Shown here piece after piece: positions 1-7,949 of a DNA stretch of 64,000 nucleotides. Source of the DNA: an uncultured virus (IMG/VR IMGVR_UViG_3300027782_000070). Its lineage: Duplodnaviria > Heunggongvirae > Uroviricota > Caudoviricetes. Position numbers and translations under genes: made by a program. Where the stretch lies: the IMG/VR virus record IMGVR_UViG_3300027782_000070. One strand, written 5' to 3'. Below the pieces are notes generated by a model, which was not told where the DNA came from, searched no databases, and saw only the letters and a list, made by a program, of their open reading frames with translations. Every line of letters starts with the position of its first letter. Position 1 is the stretch's first letter.

Positions 1-1
1 A

Positions 2-115
2 GTTGAGAAACACGGAACTTTTACAGTCGTCAGTGAATACAAAGGTTGTGATTTAGTTCAGTGGCAATATGGTATGCTTTCTGAATACAAATACTTTCTG
101 CACTGCTCAAAATGA
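2..115 (+). CDS. hypothetical protein, 5'-truncated by the window edge
   Basis: Open frame from base 2 to TGA 113-115, ATGA-overlapping the next ORF. Confidence 0.5.
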   Translation, partial: VEKHGTFTVVSEYKGCDLVQWQYGMLSEYKYFLHCSK

Positions 116-333
116 CTGAATATACTGAATATACTTTTCCTGCTGATTACGATAAATGGAACACATACTTTATCCCACAACCAAAACAATCTAACTGGAC
201 TTGTTATCTTTTCGGTAATCGTCCTGGTGGTATGGGAATGGTTTATACACCAGTAGAAGGACAAGTGCCTAATAGGTTTGTGAGGTTTATGATGAGGATT
301 TGTTTAGGATGCACTTGGGTAAAGAAAAAATGA
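112..333 (+). CDS. hypothetical phage protein
   Basis: 73-aa ORF, ATGA overlaps at both ends. Confidence 0.7.
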   Translation: MTEYTEYTFPADYDKWNTYFIPQPKQSNWTCYLFGNRPGGMGMVYTPVEGQVPNRFVRFMMRICLGCTWVKKK

Positions 334-530
334 AAATCACAGCACACGAACTCGCAGTTATTATTGATACTCTCAACCAGTCCTTGATGACTTCTAATTG
401 GAGTGGTGTTTATACTCACGAGTCAAGGGAGAGGGTAAGGGATTTGATTGCCGACATTATGGGTGAAATGAGTGTAGAGATTATCACAGACAAAGCAAAC
501 TTCACAATTGATGCTGACGCAGGTATTTGA
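330..530 (+). CDS. hypothetical phage protein
   Basis: Start moved to ATG 330 (MKITAHEL), coupled to the upstream stop. Confidence 0.65.
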   Translation: MKITAHELAVIIDTLNQSLMTSNWSGVYTHESRERVRDLIADIMGEMSVEIITDKANFTIDADAGI

Positions 531-531
531 A

Positions 532-768
532 ATGACTGAAATGAAAACCTGCCATAATTGTAAGTATTACAAAGATTATGATGGTGTCTTTGATTGGATA
601 AGTTCTCGTATCTTTGGATTTCCTACTCTACAAAAGTGCTTTCATCCAAATCGTGTGAAGATTGTTGATTATGTGAATGGAACTACCTGTCCTTATACTA
701 CTTGTTCTACTGAAAGGAGTTATGGTAATTGTGGTATAATGAGAAACAACTGGGAGGCAAAAGAATGA
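532..768 (+). CDS. small Cys-rich hypothetical protein (CxxC)
   Basis: MTEMKTCHNCKYY... with further Cys; tight gene packing. Confidence 0.6.
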   Translation: MTEMKTCHNCKYYKDYDGVFDWISSRIFGFPTLQKCFHPNRVKIVDYVNGTTCPYTTCSTERSYGNCGIMRNNWEAKE

Positions 769-998
769 AACTCTTTAATTACTACAAAAGACAAGATTAT
801 GGGATGGAGCACGTATTTACTCTACTCAAAGGTAAAAGAAGGTCTTTTATTCAAGTAAGTTTTGATTGGAATGAGTATCCTGCTGGTCCTTATCTTCAAA
901 TCGCAATGGGAAACAATCGTTTGATTGATATTCTCTTCTGGTGTTGGAAAGTAGGATTTTGTTTTGAACTGCTTGGTATCACTTGGAGCAGTTGGTAA
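765..998 (+). CDS. hypothetical phage protein
   Basis: ATGA-coupled start at 765 (MKLFNYY). Confidence 0.65.
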   Translation: MKLFNYYKRQDYGMEHVFTLLKGKRRSFIQVSFDWNEYPAGPYLQIAMGNNRLIDILFWCWKVGFCFELLGITWSSW

Positions 999-1213
999 TG
1001 ATCGAAAATCCCGATGAAATCGTGCTTGAAAATGTGAAGATGTTTCACTTGGAAAGTATGAATGAACGAGCACTATGGATTGGTTGCTATACTCAAGATG
1101 GTAAGATTTATCATTTGAATATTAGTGGTGACCAACTAAAATACTATTGGAGTGATGAGACAGATTACGAACTGGCACAAGGACACACCAGAACCGACCT
1201 TGATGCCCTATAA
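998..1213 (+). CDS. hypothetical phage protein
   Basis: TAATG-coupled start at 998 (MIENPDEIV). Confidence 0.6.
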   Translation: MIENPDEIVLENVKMFHLESMNERALWIGCYTQDGKIYHLNISGDQLKYYWSDETDYELAQGHTRTDLDAL

Positions 1214-1223
1214 TACATTCATA
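1156..1223 (+). promoter_or_regulatory. diverged copy (0) of the 68-bp early cassette
   Basis: TGAGACAGATTACGAACTGGCACA with TATAAT at 1209-1214, the same offset (positions 54-59) as the -10 in other copies. Confidence 0.6.
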
Positions 1224-1237
1224 CACACAGACGACTG

Positions 1238-1414
1238 ATGACTTACCAAATCACAAAATCAATTTGTCTTCATAACAAAGAAGATGGGTGGAAGTATGTC
1301 TTTACAACTGATGAGTATGGAACTGTGAGTGTAAAAGGTGATAATGGATTAGGCATTCACATTCCCAAAGATTGTATTCAAAACTTTATTCGTGTTCTGG
1401 AACAACTGAAATGA
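1238..1414 (+). CDS. hypothetical protein (58 aa, not in ORF track)
   Basis: ATG 1238 to TGA 1414, follows the promoter and ATGA-overlaps the next gene. Confidence 0.6.
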   Translation: MTYQITKSICLHNKEDGWKYVFTTDEYGTVSVKGDNGLGIHIPKDCIQNFIRVLEQLK

Positions 1415-1587
1415 ACTACCTCTGCCTTGTTGATGGTGTTGTAGAATATGGTAGCACCAGTTTGAGTGATTTTGCTCACTATCAACTGGTGTATGCCGAA
1501 GAACACCAAGATGCTGATGTTCAGTATCTCACACTGACTGATGAAGAGTATGATGCTATGTTTCCTGTGGAGGAGGGTGATTACTAA
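1411..1587 (+). CDS. small acidic hypothetical protein
   Basis: MNYLCLVDGVVEY..., ATGA-coupled start. Confidence 0.65.
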   Translation: MNYLCLVDGVVEYGSTSLSDFAHYQLVYAEEHQDADVQYLTLTDEEYDAMFPVEEGDY

Positions 1588-1766
1588 TGACTAACGAACA
1601 AATACTTGAACTTGCTAAAACCTGTGGATTTGATGATTTCACTGGTGAGAAAGAAAACTTCTGGGAGTGTTGGGAAGAACAACTCTTGAAGTTTGCCCTT
1701 GCAATTCATGAAGATGGATACAATAAGGGTTATGAACAATGTTCTATTGTGAAAACTTATGACTAA
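1587..1766 (+). CDS. hypothetical protein (59 aa, not in ORF track)
   Basis: MTNEQILELAKTCGF..., TAATG-coupled. Confidence 0.6.
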   Translation: MTNEQILELAKTCGFDDFTGEKENFWECWEEQLLKFALAIHEDGYNKGYEQCSIVKTYD

Positions 1767-1926
1767 CAATCTACCAGAAAACGATGATGCTCCGTGGTTA
1801 AATCTATCACAAGAAGAAATCAATCAATTACGATATAATAAGCAAAACCTTACAGAGTATGGTAGGGAGAAAATCCGAGCACTTATGCTAAAATATGATA
1901 ATGCACTACGGAAACTTGCAGAATGA
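1759..1926 (+). CDS. hypothetical protein (55 aa, not in ORF track)
   Basis: MTNNLPENDDAPWLNL..., ends in an ATGA overlap with the next gene. Confidence 0.6.
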   Translation: MTNNLPENDDAPWLNLSQEEINQLRYNKQNLTEYGREKIRALMLKYDNALRKLAE

Positions 1927-2327
1927 CTGAAATTGAAAAAACAGAAGGAGAAATTAAAGTCCTTCAAGCAAAACTGGAACTACTCAAAGAAATGGAGAAC
2001 CACAAATCACCAGCAGAAGAAGCATACAAAAGATTTTTTGGATGTTACCCTGATACTGGTGTTTCTTGGAATAGTGATAAGGAAAACTCCTGGTATTTTT
2101 TCCAGGTAGGTTATAATGCCTCACAAAAAGATTATAAGGTAGAAGAAGAACCAAAACCAAAGAAACTTTTTGATGTAATCAGAAATCTTGGATATTCTGT
2201 GGATATGTGTTATGAGATTGTGGATGCCGTTGAAAACTGCTTGCCTAATAGGTTGAAGTATGATGGTGAAGAGTATCAATTAGGTTGGAATGATGCAATC
2301 ACTACAATTAAGGATGGATTAGGATGA
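1923..2327 (+). CDS. hypothetical phage protein
   Basis: 134-aa ORF, coupled starts and stops. Confidence 0.7.
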   Translation: MTEIEKTEGEIKVLQAKLELLKEMENHKSPAEEAYKRFFGCYPDTGVSWNSDKENSWYFFQVGYNASQKDYKVEEEPKPKKLFDVIRNLGYSVDMCYEIVDAVENCLPNRLKYDGEEYQLGWNDAITTIKDGLG

Positions 2328-2506
2328 CTAAAATATCACAACGAATCTGGGAAACATTCTGTGAGGAACTAATTGTAGAACCCACAGATGATATGAAAGA
2401 AGCACTTGCTACTTCTTTCAGACAAATCGTGGATGAATATAGAGTTGGTGGTATGCTGTATTGTAATGATATTCTTAATCTTGCTGATGAATTGGAGGCA
2501 TTGTGA
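2324..2506 (+). CDS. hypothetical phage protein
   Basis: 60-aa ORF, ATGA-coupled. Confidence 0.6.
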   Translation: MTKISQRIWETFCEELIVEPTDDMKEALATSFRQIVDEYRVGGMLYCNDILNLADELEAL

Positions 2507-2526
2507 ATAAATATCTAAAAAACCTA

Positions 2527-2700
2527 ATGATTACTTTCAAACAGTTTTTAGAAGAAGCAAAGAAGAAAGAAATTGCAAAGATACAAACAAAAGCAGTAAA
2601 TCCAAACAAAACATTGTCTAAAAGTGAAGTGATGAAAGTTCTCAATTCTCAGGGTGGAATTGGAGCAAATGTAGTTAAGAAAGCAAAAGGAATACAATAA
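2527..2700 (+). CDS. small basic protein with capsid-targeting-like N-terminus (candidate internal head protein)
   Basis: MITFKQFLEEA resembles the T4 internal-protein N-terminus (MKTYQEFIAE); late-promoter-like ATAAATA at 2507-2513. Confidence 0.5.
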   Translation: MITFKQFLEEAKKKEIAKIQTKAVNPNKTLSKSEVMKVLNSQGGIGANVVKKAKGIQ

Positions 2701-2712
2701 AAAATATAATGA

Positions 2713-2780
2713 TGTGCCAGTTGTGAAACTGGTCGCTATATTTACCAAAACACCTAAATCCATGCTATCATACTTGTATG
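2713..2780 (+). promoter_or_regulatory. 68-bp early cassette copy 1 (palindrome, extended -10, ATG)
   Basis: TGTGCCAGTTGTGAAACTGGTCGC...TGCTATCATACTTGTATG. Confidence 0.85.
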
Positions 2781-3173
2781 ATTAAAACCACTGAAACAGT
2801 TATTGAGTTCACCAACAAATTGTGTGAAACTCTTCGTGAAAACTACAGGCAATACAGGATTGCATCACACAGGCATTACATTGCCAAAGGTGATAATGTA
2901 GACTACCACAAGGAACAGATTGATGAACTTTGTATGGGTAATGGTGTTCCTGAGTTCACCATTACAAAAGGTAAAAAATACCTAAAAGTTATTATGAAAG
3001 ATTATAATCAAAGTTCTGCACATTTGTTTGTAGACCAAACTAATGGTGATGTATTTAAGCCAGCATCATTTAAAGCACCTGCAAAAGGTGTAAGGTATAA
3101 CTTGCTTGATGATAAATCAAGGCAAGAGATGCTCAAGAGAGCAGATTGGGCAGGTTCTTATCTCTACAAATGA
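2778..3173 (+). CDS. conserved early phage protein of unknown function
   Basis: GKKYLKV...HLFVDQTNGDVFKPASFKAPAKGVRYNL, a motif I recognise from T4-like cyanophage early genes. Confidence 0.75.
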   Translation: MIKTTETVIEFTNKLCETLRENYRQYRIASHRHYIAKGDNVDYHKEQIDELCMGNGVPEFTITKGKKYLKVIMKDYNQSSAHLFVDQTNGDVFKPASFKAPAKGVRYNLLDDKSRQEMLKRADWAGSYLYK

Positions 3174-3280
3174 AATACACAATTTTTGCTATCACTTGCC
3201 TAGTTCTATTAAGTATAATAAATGCAAATGCTGACAATCAAATGAAAAGAGATTTGCAGCATTTGCATTATACTATGTGA
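3170..3280 (+). CDS. tiny protein with hydrophobic N-terminus (36 aa)
   Basis: MKYTIFAITCLVLLSII..., ATGA-coupled; its stop lies inside the next cassette. Confidence 0.45.
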   Translation: MKYTIFAITCLVLLSIINANADNQMKRDLQHLHYTM

Positions 3281-3343
3281 CACTTGTACAACTGGTCGCT
3301 ATATTTACCAAAACACCTAAATCCATGCTATCATACATGTATG
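3276..3343 (+). promoter_or_regulatory. 68-bp early cassette copy 2
   Basis: Near-identical to copy 1, with identity continuing through ATGATTAAAACCACTGAAA. Confidence 0.85.
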
Positions 3344-3583
3344 ATTAAAACCACTGAAATGCCACTCAATAAAGAACAATTTTCCACTTTCGTTGAAACC
3401 TATGTTTCACATATTGTAGAGGGAATGGATGTAGAATCTCTTGAAATGATGGTCTTTGATTTACTTGTTAAAGAGTACAAGACTTATACTGAAGAAGAGA
3501 TTGTTAGTGAGATTGAAGAACTCTATGGTGATGAAGTTGCTGAGGATTTGTTAGAATCAGCAACTACTGTGCCAGTTGTATAA
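3341..3583 (+). CDS. acidic hypothetical protein
   Basis: Start at cassette ATG 3341 (alternative 3359); very Glu/Asp-rich. Confidence 0.7.
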   Translation: MIKTTEMPLNKEQFSTFVETYVSHIVEGMDVESLEMMVFDLLVKEYKTYTEEEIVSEIEELYGDEVAEDLLESATTVPVV

Positions 3584-3635
3584 CCGTCCCTATATGCTTG
3601 ACTTTTTAGTGAATCTATGGTATCATACATGTATG
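3568..3635 (+). promoter_or_regulatory. 68-bp early cassette copy 3 with canonical sigma70 promoter
   Basis: TTGACT (3598-3603), 17 bp, TATCAT (3621-3626) with upstream TG, downstream of TGTGCCAGTT. Confidence 0.85.
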
Positions 3636-3782
3636 AAAGAAAAGTTTATGACTGAATCCTCACTTGATTTATTTTGTGATCACATTGATGCACAACTTGC
3701 TGATGAATATGCTATGGATTTAGAAGCAAAAGCAGCAGAATTGGAGATTACAGTAGACTATTATATTGCTGAGTTCCTTTGA
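3633..3782 (+). CDS. small acidic hypothetical protein
   Basis: ...LEAKAAELEITVDYYIAEFL; starts at the cassette ATG. Confidence 0.65.
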   Translation: MKEKFMTESSLDLFCDHIDAQLADEYAMDLEAKAAELEITVDYYIAEFL

Positions 3783-3805
3783 TTATTAACAACACTAACA
3801 ACAAC

Positions 3806-4492
3806 ATGCTTACCATTTCACAACCATTCCATCATCTTAATCTGCCTAAACTTGCAGACATTCCTACTGAAACTGTGAATGGTTCTCGTAAATATGTGGT
3901 AAATGGTAAACTATTGCCATCCATTACTTCTGTTACATCTTATCAAACTCGTCATAGTATCAATGAATGGCGTGAACGTGTAGGTGCTGAAGTAGCAAAT
4001 AAAATCAGTCAATTTGCTTCAACCAATGGCACAAAGTTTCACAGTATTGTAGAACAATATGTTGACAATTTTATTGACCTTGTAGAGTATGAAGGCAATG
4101 AACAGTATGAAGTTGCTCTCAAACTTTTCAGTCAATTTCAACACTTGCTTGATAGGATTAACAATGTTCATTATCAAGAATGTGCAATGTATTCTGAACA
4201 ACTTGGAATTGCAGGTCGTGTAGATTGTATTGCTGAATTTGATGGTCAGTTGTCTATCATTGACTTCAAGAGTTCTTCTAAACCAAAGTATGAATCTCAG
4301 ATTCTTGGTTATTTTGTGCAGGAGACAGGTTATGCTAAAATGTATGAGGAAATGACTGGTAGGAAAGTTACTCAAATTGTAACCTTGATTTCTTGTCATT
4401 CAGGGGAGACACAAGTTTATGTCAGAAACCCTGATGATTATGTTGACACTCTTAAGCAGTATATTGCTGACTACAATAACAAAGGTAACTGA
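3806..4492 (+). CDS. PD-(D/E)XK-family exonuclease
   Basis: PSITSV, GTKFH, E..., IAGRVDCI and IIDFKSS motifs; start moved to ATG 3806. Confidence 0.85.
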   Translation: MLTISQPFHHLNLPKLADIPTETVNGSRKYVVNGKLLPSITSVTSYQTRHSINEWRERVGAEVANKISQFASTNGTKFHSIVEQYVDNFIDLVEYEGNEQYEVALKLFSQFQHLLDRINNVHYQECAMYSEQLGIAGRVDCIAEFDGQLSIIDFKSSSKPKYESQILGYFVQETGYAKMYEEMTGRKVTQIVTLISCHSGETQVYVRNPDDYVDTLKQYIADYNNKGN

Positions 4493-4494
4493 TT

Positions 4495-4797
4495 ATGGGC
4501 ATTTGGCGTGCAGAATGCTGGTTAGGTTCTGAATCTGGTTATCAAGAATTAGAAGTCAAAGCAAATACCTGGAATGGTGCAAAGACTCAACTTGAAAGGA
4601 TTTATGGTGCAGAACAAATTATCAATCTGCAAGAAGTAAGTTGCGCATTTGATTCTAATGATGGTGCGGAGATTTCAGGTGGTGGCATTCTATTTGTATT
4701 GTTTTTGTTGTTTATATTAGCAGCATGGAAATACATGCTAATTATTGGTGCTATTGCTCTTGTAATTTGGATAATAATGTCGTCATTTAAGGAGTAA
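4495..4797 (+). CDS. hypothetical membrane protein
   Basis: Soluble N-terminus plus two C-terminal hydrophobic segments. Confidence 0.65.
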   Translation: MGIWRAECWLGSESGYQELEVKANTWNGAKTQLERIYGAEQIINLQEVSCAFDSNDGAEISGGGILFVLFLLFILAAWKYMLIIGAIALVIWIIMSSFKE

Positions 4798-4806
4798 TCC
4801 TTTCTT

Positions 4807-4877
4807 GCCCTATAAGCATTGTGGTGATGCAGTAGTTTTGTAAACTACAGAGAACAGTTCAATTCTGTTATAGGGCT
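4807..4877 (+). tRNA. trnT: tRNA-Thr(UGU)
   Basis: Acceptor GCCCTAT/ATAGGGC, D arm GCAT..ATGC, anticodon arm GTAGT-TTTGTAA-ACTAC, T arm AACAG-TTCAATT-CTGTT; CCA not encoded (TCA follows). Confidence 0.9.
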
Positions 4878-4893
4878 TCAGTTAGTTATACCA

Positions 4894-4961
4894 TGTGCCA
4901 GTTGTAGAACTGGTCGCTATATTTACCGAAATGCTGGAATCCATGCTATCATACATGTATG
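4894..4961 (+). promoter_or_regulatory. 68-bp early cassette copy 4
   Basis: Same 68-bp consensus ending in ATG. Confidence 0.85.
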
Positions 4962-5201
4962 ATAAATCAAAAAAGCACTCAAATGGATCAAATCTTCCAC
5001 TACCACACAGATTGGAAGGAAGGTAAAGTTAATCAGATGTGGATTCAACAACTTGGTGATGATGATTGTGGCAACATGTATGTTGCTATTTCATACAATC
5101 CTCACAAAGATATAAGCATGGTGATGTCTACACCACGCACATCCTACTGGGAAACTCTACAATGGGTTCGCAAGTTCTGTGGTTCTTTCTCTATTCTCTG
5201 A
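4959..5201 (+). CDS. hypothetical phage protein
   Basis: 80-aa ORF starting at the cassette ATG. Confidence 0.7.
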   Translation: MINQKSTQMDQIFHYHTDWKEGKVNQMWIQQLGDDDCGNMYVAISYNPHKDISMVMSTPRTSYWETLQWVRKFCGSFSIL

Positions 5202-5205
5202 AATT

Positions 5206-5355
5206 ATGAATACCAAAAACTGGGTTATTAAGATTGAAATTGCTATTGATGAGGATAGTCATCCTCGCAAGTTCATTCCAAATGCTATTGCTGAATGTCT
5301 GAACTTTGGTGATGGAGAAGATATTATTGACTATGAGTTTATTTGCTTAGATTGA
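5206..5355 (+). CDS. small hypothetical protein (49 aa)
   Basis: MNTKNWVIKIEI..., fills the gap between genes. Confidence 0.55.
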   Translation: MNTKNWVIKIEIAIDEDSHPRKFIPNAIAECLNFGDGEDIIDYEFICLD

Positions 5356-5357
5356 TC

Positions 5358-5519
5358 ATGAAAAACTACAAAGTTACAGTTGATACCAATGATGGATGTA
5401 GGACCATTTGGTATGAGAAATCCAGTGCAAAGAAAGCACCTACAATTATATGCAATCGTGTATGTTTGCAACTGCAAGGATTAAATCTTAAAGACGTTAA
5501 TGTTGAAGTTTCTGTATAA
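5358..5519 (+). CDS. small hypothetical protein (53 aa)
   Basis: MKNYKVTVDTNDG..., fills the gap between genes. Confidence 0.55.
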   Translation: MKNYKVTVDTNDGCRTIWYEKSSAKKAPTIICNRVCLQLQGLNLKDVNVEVSV

Positions 5520-5521
5520 CA

Positions 5522-5824
5522 ATGAATCGCACACTAAAACAACTCAAAGAATCTGTAGATCGTCTGATTGAGCAACAAGGTGAAACTGCATCTTGTGCTG
5601 CTCTCATCTTTACCAAAGAGGATGTATTCAATATGGATGATGATGGAAATCCAGTCTATTGTAGTGAGGAAATCACCGACCAAGTTCTTGATGACTTGGA
5701 TGGAACTGATTACCTTATAGAAAAAGCATTTGATTGTATCAATGATTACATTAAAGATTATGAGGTCATTGAAGATAACAGCAACTTTCCGCAGTTGGGT
5801 AATCCTATGGCAGGTGCCTGTTAG
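5522..5824 (+). CDS. acidic hypothetical protein
   Basis: 100-aa ORF. Confidence 0.65.
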   Translation: MNRTLKQLKESVDRLIEQQGETASCAALIFTKEDVFNMDDDGNPVYCSEEITDQVLDDLDGTDYLIEKAFDCINDYIKDYEVIEDNSNFPQLGNPMAGAC

Positions 5825-5832
5825 TTATATCA

Positions 5833-5900
5833 TGTGCCAGTTGTAGAACTGGTCGCTATATTTACCAAAACCCCTCAAACCGTGCTACCATACATGTATG
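5833..5900 (+). promoter_or_regulatory. 68-bp early cassette copy 5
   Basis: Same consensus; -10 TACCAT; ends in ATG 5898. Confidence 0.85.
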
Positions 5901-6371
5901 GAAAAAAACAAAACATTCTCAAAACTTATTTACAACATCTCAAACCCCAAATGTGTAGTGTTTGATTTAGATGCCACATTGTGCCATCATGGTGATCAAT
6001 CAGGGTTTGAAGATTGTGATCAATTTCAACCCATAGATGCAGTTGTAGATGTTGCTAAGCACTGCAAATCGCATGGTTATGATTTAGTCATTGCCACTGC
6101 TCGTCCTGATACTTTTGCAGAGGGCACAGGGTATTGGTTACAGGAACATTTGCCTGAGTTTGATGCACTTTACATGAAGAATGCTGATGATGATGCAACT
6201 GGTTCCACTGCTAAAGGTCATCAACTGATGGACATTCTCAGGTTCTGGGATGACATTGAGTTCTGGGTTGATGATAGTCCATTCAATGCAAAAGTCATTG
6301 AGGACCATGCTGTGCACTGCATTCGTCCCTCTCACAATGATGCCTTCTGGGCAGATTATGGAGATCAGTGA
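5898..6371 (+). CDS. HAD-family phosphatase (like the T4 PseT/PNK 3'-phosphatase domain)
   Basis: VVFDLDATL (DxD), IATAR, K and WVDD HAD motifs. Confidence 0.8.
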   Translation: MEKNKTFSKLIYNISNPKCVVFDLDATLCHHGDQSGFEDCDQFQPIDAVVDVAKHCKSHGYDLVIATARPDTFAEGTGYWLQEHLPEFDALYMKNADDDATGSTAKGHQLMDILRFWDDIEFWVDDSPFNAKVIEDHAVHCIRPSHNDAFWADYGDQ

Positions 6372-6572
6372 TTGCTAACTTGGAATGACAATGTAACACA
6401 ATCTCCTGGTAATGTTGCTTATTTTCTTTATATGCAACAGGCATACAAACCTCATACTGATATACCCAGTAGAGAAGAGTTACTGATAAGAAATCCACAA
6501 TATCTTATCAAGAGGGAGTTAGACAAGGCAGAAAGATCCAAAGGACTAAAAAGATTTTATTTACAAGAATGA
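6372..6572 (+). CDS. hypothetical protein (start uncertain)
   Basis: ORF fills the gap; TTG start, with an alternative ATG at MQQAY. Confidence 0.4.
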   Translation: MLTWNDNVTQSPGNVAYFLYMQQAYKPHTDIPSREELLIRNPQYLIKRELDKAERSKGLKRFYLQE

Positions 6573-6751
6573 TGAACCAAATTACAAAAGACCACTTGAT
6601 CAACATGTTATCGCAGGCACTGAATGTGTGTCAGAATGTTGAATATGGAAATGACGATGTTCATGATCCAGATAAATCTCCATACTATGCAGTTGGATAC
6701 AGTAGGACTGCAATTCAGGGGGCATTGGATGTGCTAACCAGTGACTACTAA
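6569..6751 (+). CDS. hypothetical phage protein
   Basis: 60-aa ORF. Confidence 0.6.
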   Translation: MMNQITKDHLINMLSQALNVCQNVEYGNDDVHDPDKSPYYAVGYSRTAIQGALDVLTSDY

Positions 6752-6760
6752 ATGATAGCA

Positions 6761-6828
6761 TGTGCCAGTTGTAAAACTGGTCGCTATATTTACCGAAATG
6801 CCTGAATCCATGCTATCATACATGTATG
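6761..6828 (+). promoter_or_regulatory. 68-bp early cassette copy 6
   Basis: 6761-6866 matches 7950-8055 at 105 of 106 positions. Confidence 0.85.
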
Positions 6829-7260
6829 ATAAATCAAAAAACCACTTCTGACCAAATGACTAACACCAACTCCGACATTATTATCACTGATTGGAGTGAC
6901 ATTTATGTGATCAATGATGATGATTTGTTCATTGATTTCATGGAAACTTATGGTGCTGAGAATGTAAAGTTCTGGGAAGAATATCAAGAGCAGGTTGAGA
7001 ACCTGGATCAAGAGATTGTTGATACTTTCCTTCAAATCTGGACACTTGATGATCTTTCGCATGTGCAAGATGCCTTCTATGGGCAATATGAAAGTCCTGG
7101 AACATTTGCAGAAGATTATTACACTCAAATCTCAGATACTGTAATCCCTGATGGTATTGTAGTGGATTGGGAAGCAACCTGGAACTATACTCTGGGATAT
7201 GACTTTATATTTGAAGTCAGCACAGGTTACACTGGTTATATTTTTGATCGCAACTGGTAG
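6826..7260 (+). CDS. ArdA-like antirestriction (DNA-mimic) protein
   Basis: Highly acidic; DAFYGQYES...FAEDYY...IVVDWEATW..LGYDF resembles the ArdA C-terminal region. Confidence 0.65.
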   Translation: MINQKTTSDQMTNTNSDIIITDWSDIYVINDDDLFIDFMETYGAENVKFWEEYQEQVENLDQEIVDTFLQIWTLDDLSHVQDAFYGQYESPGTFAEDYYTQISDTVIPDGIVVDWEATWNYTLGYDFIFEVSTGYTGYIFDRNW

Positions 7261-7342
7261 ATTATTGCACTAAATCCTTCTACACAAAATGTAGTGGATT
7301 TTCTGCAATGTTCTAAACATTGTAACATTTAACAAACAACAA

Positions 7343-7519
7343 ATGACTACACTTTCTTTCCCTAAGATCACTGCCCTGGGTATGCTTGCCAAGGCACAAG
7401 ATGGCAACCAACTATTGCAAATCTTGGATGCAGTTGTTGATACCAACGTGGATCAAGTTCCTGTCCCCAGTGATGCTTATGTCATGGAGAATGATTATGA
7501 TGATAGCATGGATGTATGA
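7343..7519 (+). CDS. small hypothetical protein (58 aa, not in ORF track)
   Basis: MTTLSFPKITALGMLAKAQDGNQLLQILD... Confidence 0.6.
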   Translation: MTTLSFPKITALGMLAKAQDGNQLLQILDAVVDTNVDQVPVPSDAYVMENDYDDSMDV

Positions 7520-7535
7520 GGTCTAAGTGATGTGA

Positions 7536-7603
7536 TGTGCCACTAATCAAAGTGGCACAAACATTTACCGAAATGCCTGAATCCATGCTATTGTATGAAT
7601 ACA
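7536..7603 (+). promoter_or_regulatory. 68-bp early cassette copy 7 (perfect palindrome variant)
   Basis: TGTGCCACT-AATCAA-AGTGGCACA; TGCTATTGT at the -10 offset; no ATG at +1. Confidence 0.8.
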
Positions 7604-7620
7604 AACAAAGCAAACACCTA

Positions 7621-7935
7621 ATGCGTAAGATTGAATCACAAATGATTGCAGCAATTAAATCTAATAAAGATTTCAAAGTTGCAAACACTGAGGTCATCTC
7701 CTACACCCATACTTCTGATGTTTATTTGCATGGCAATCTGATCGCCAGGATTGGTGAAACTTGGATTGAGTTGTTTGATGGTGGATGGCAAACTAGCACC
7801 ACTAAATCACGTTTGAATGCAATCCTAAGTGAGTTTGGAATGACTGGAGAATGTGTGTTCCAAAAGAACTTTAATTGGTTTGTAAATTATAATGGTTCAC
7901 CTATTCCTTTCTTCTCAGGTATGCGTCTGGCATGA
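7621..7935 (+). CDS. conserved hypothetical phage protein
   Basis: MRKIESQMIAAI...YLHGNLIA...GGWQTSTTKSRLNAIL; start moved to 7621. Confidence 0.75.
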   Translation: MRKIESQMIAAIKSNKDFKVANTEVISYTHTSDVYLHGNLIARIGETWIELFDGGWQTSTTKSRLNAILSEFGMTGECVFQKNFNWFVNYNGSPIPFFSGMRLA

Positions 7936-7949
7936 GGTAAGGTATACGA

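Noticed and set aside
3284..3340. N-terminal extensions in the ORF track (3284, 3576, 7537)
   Set aside because: They are read-throughs of the promoter cassette; starts were moved to 3341, 3633 and 7621.
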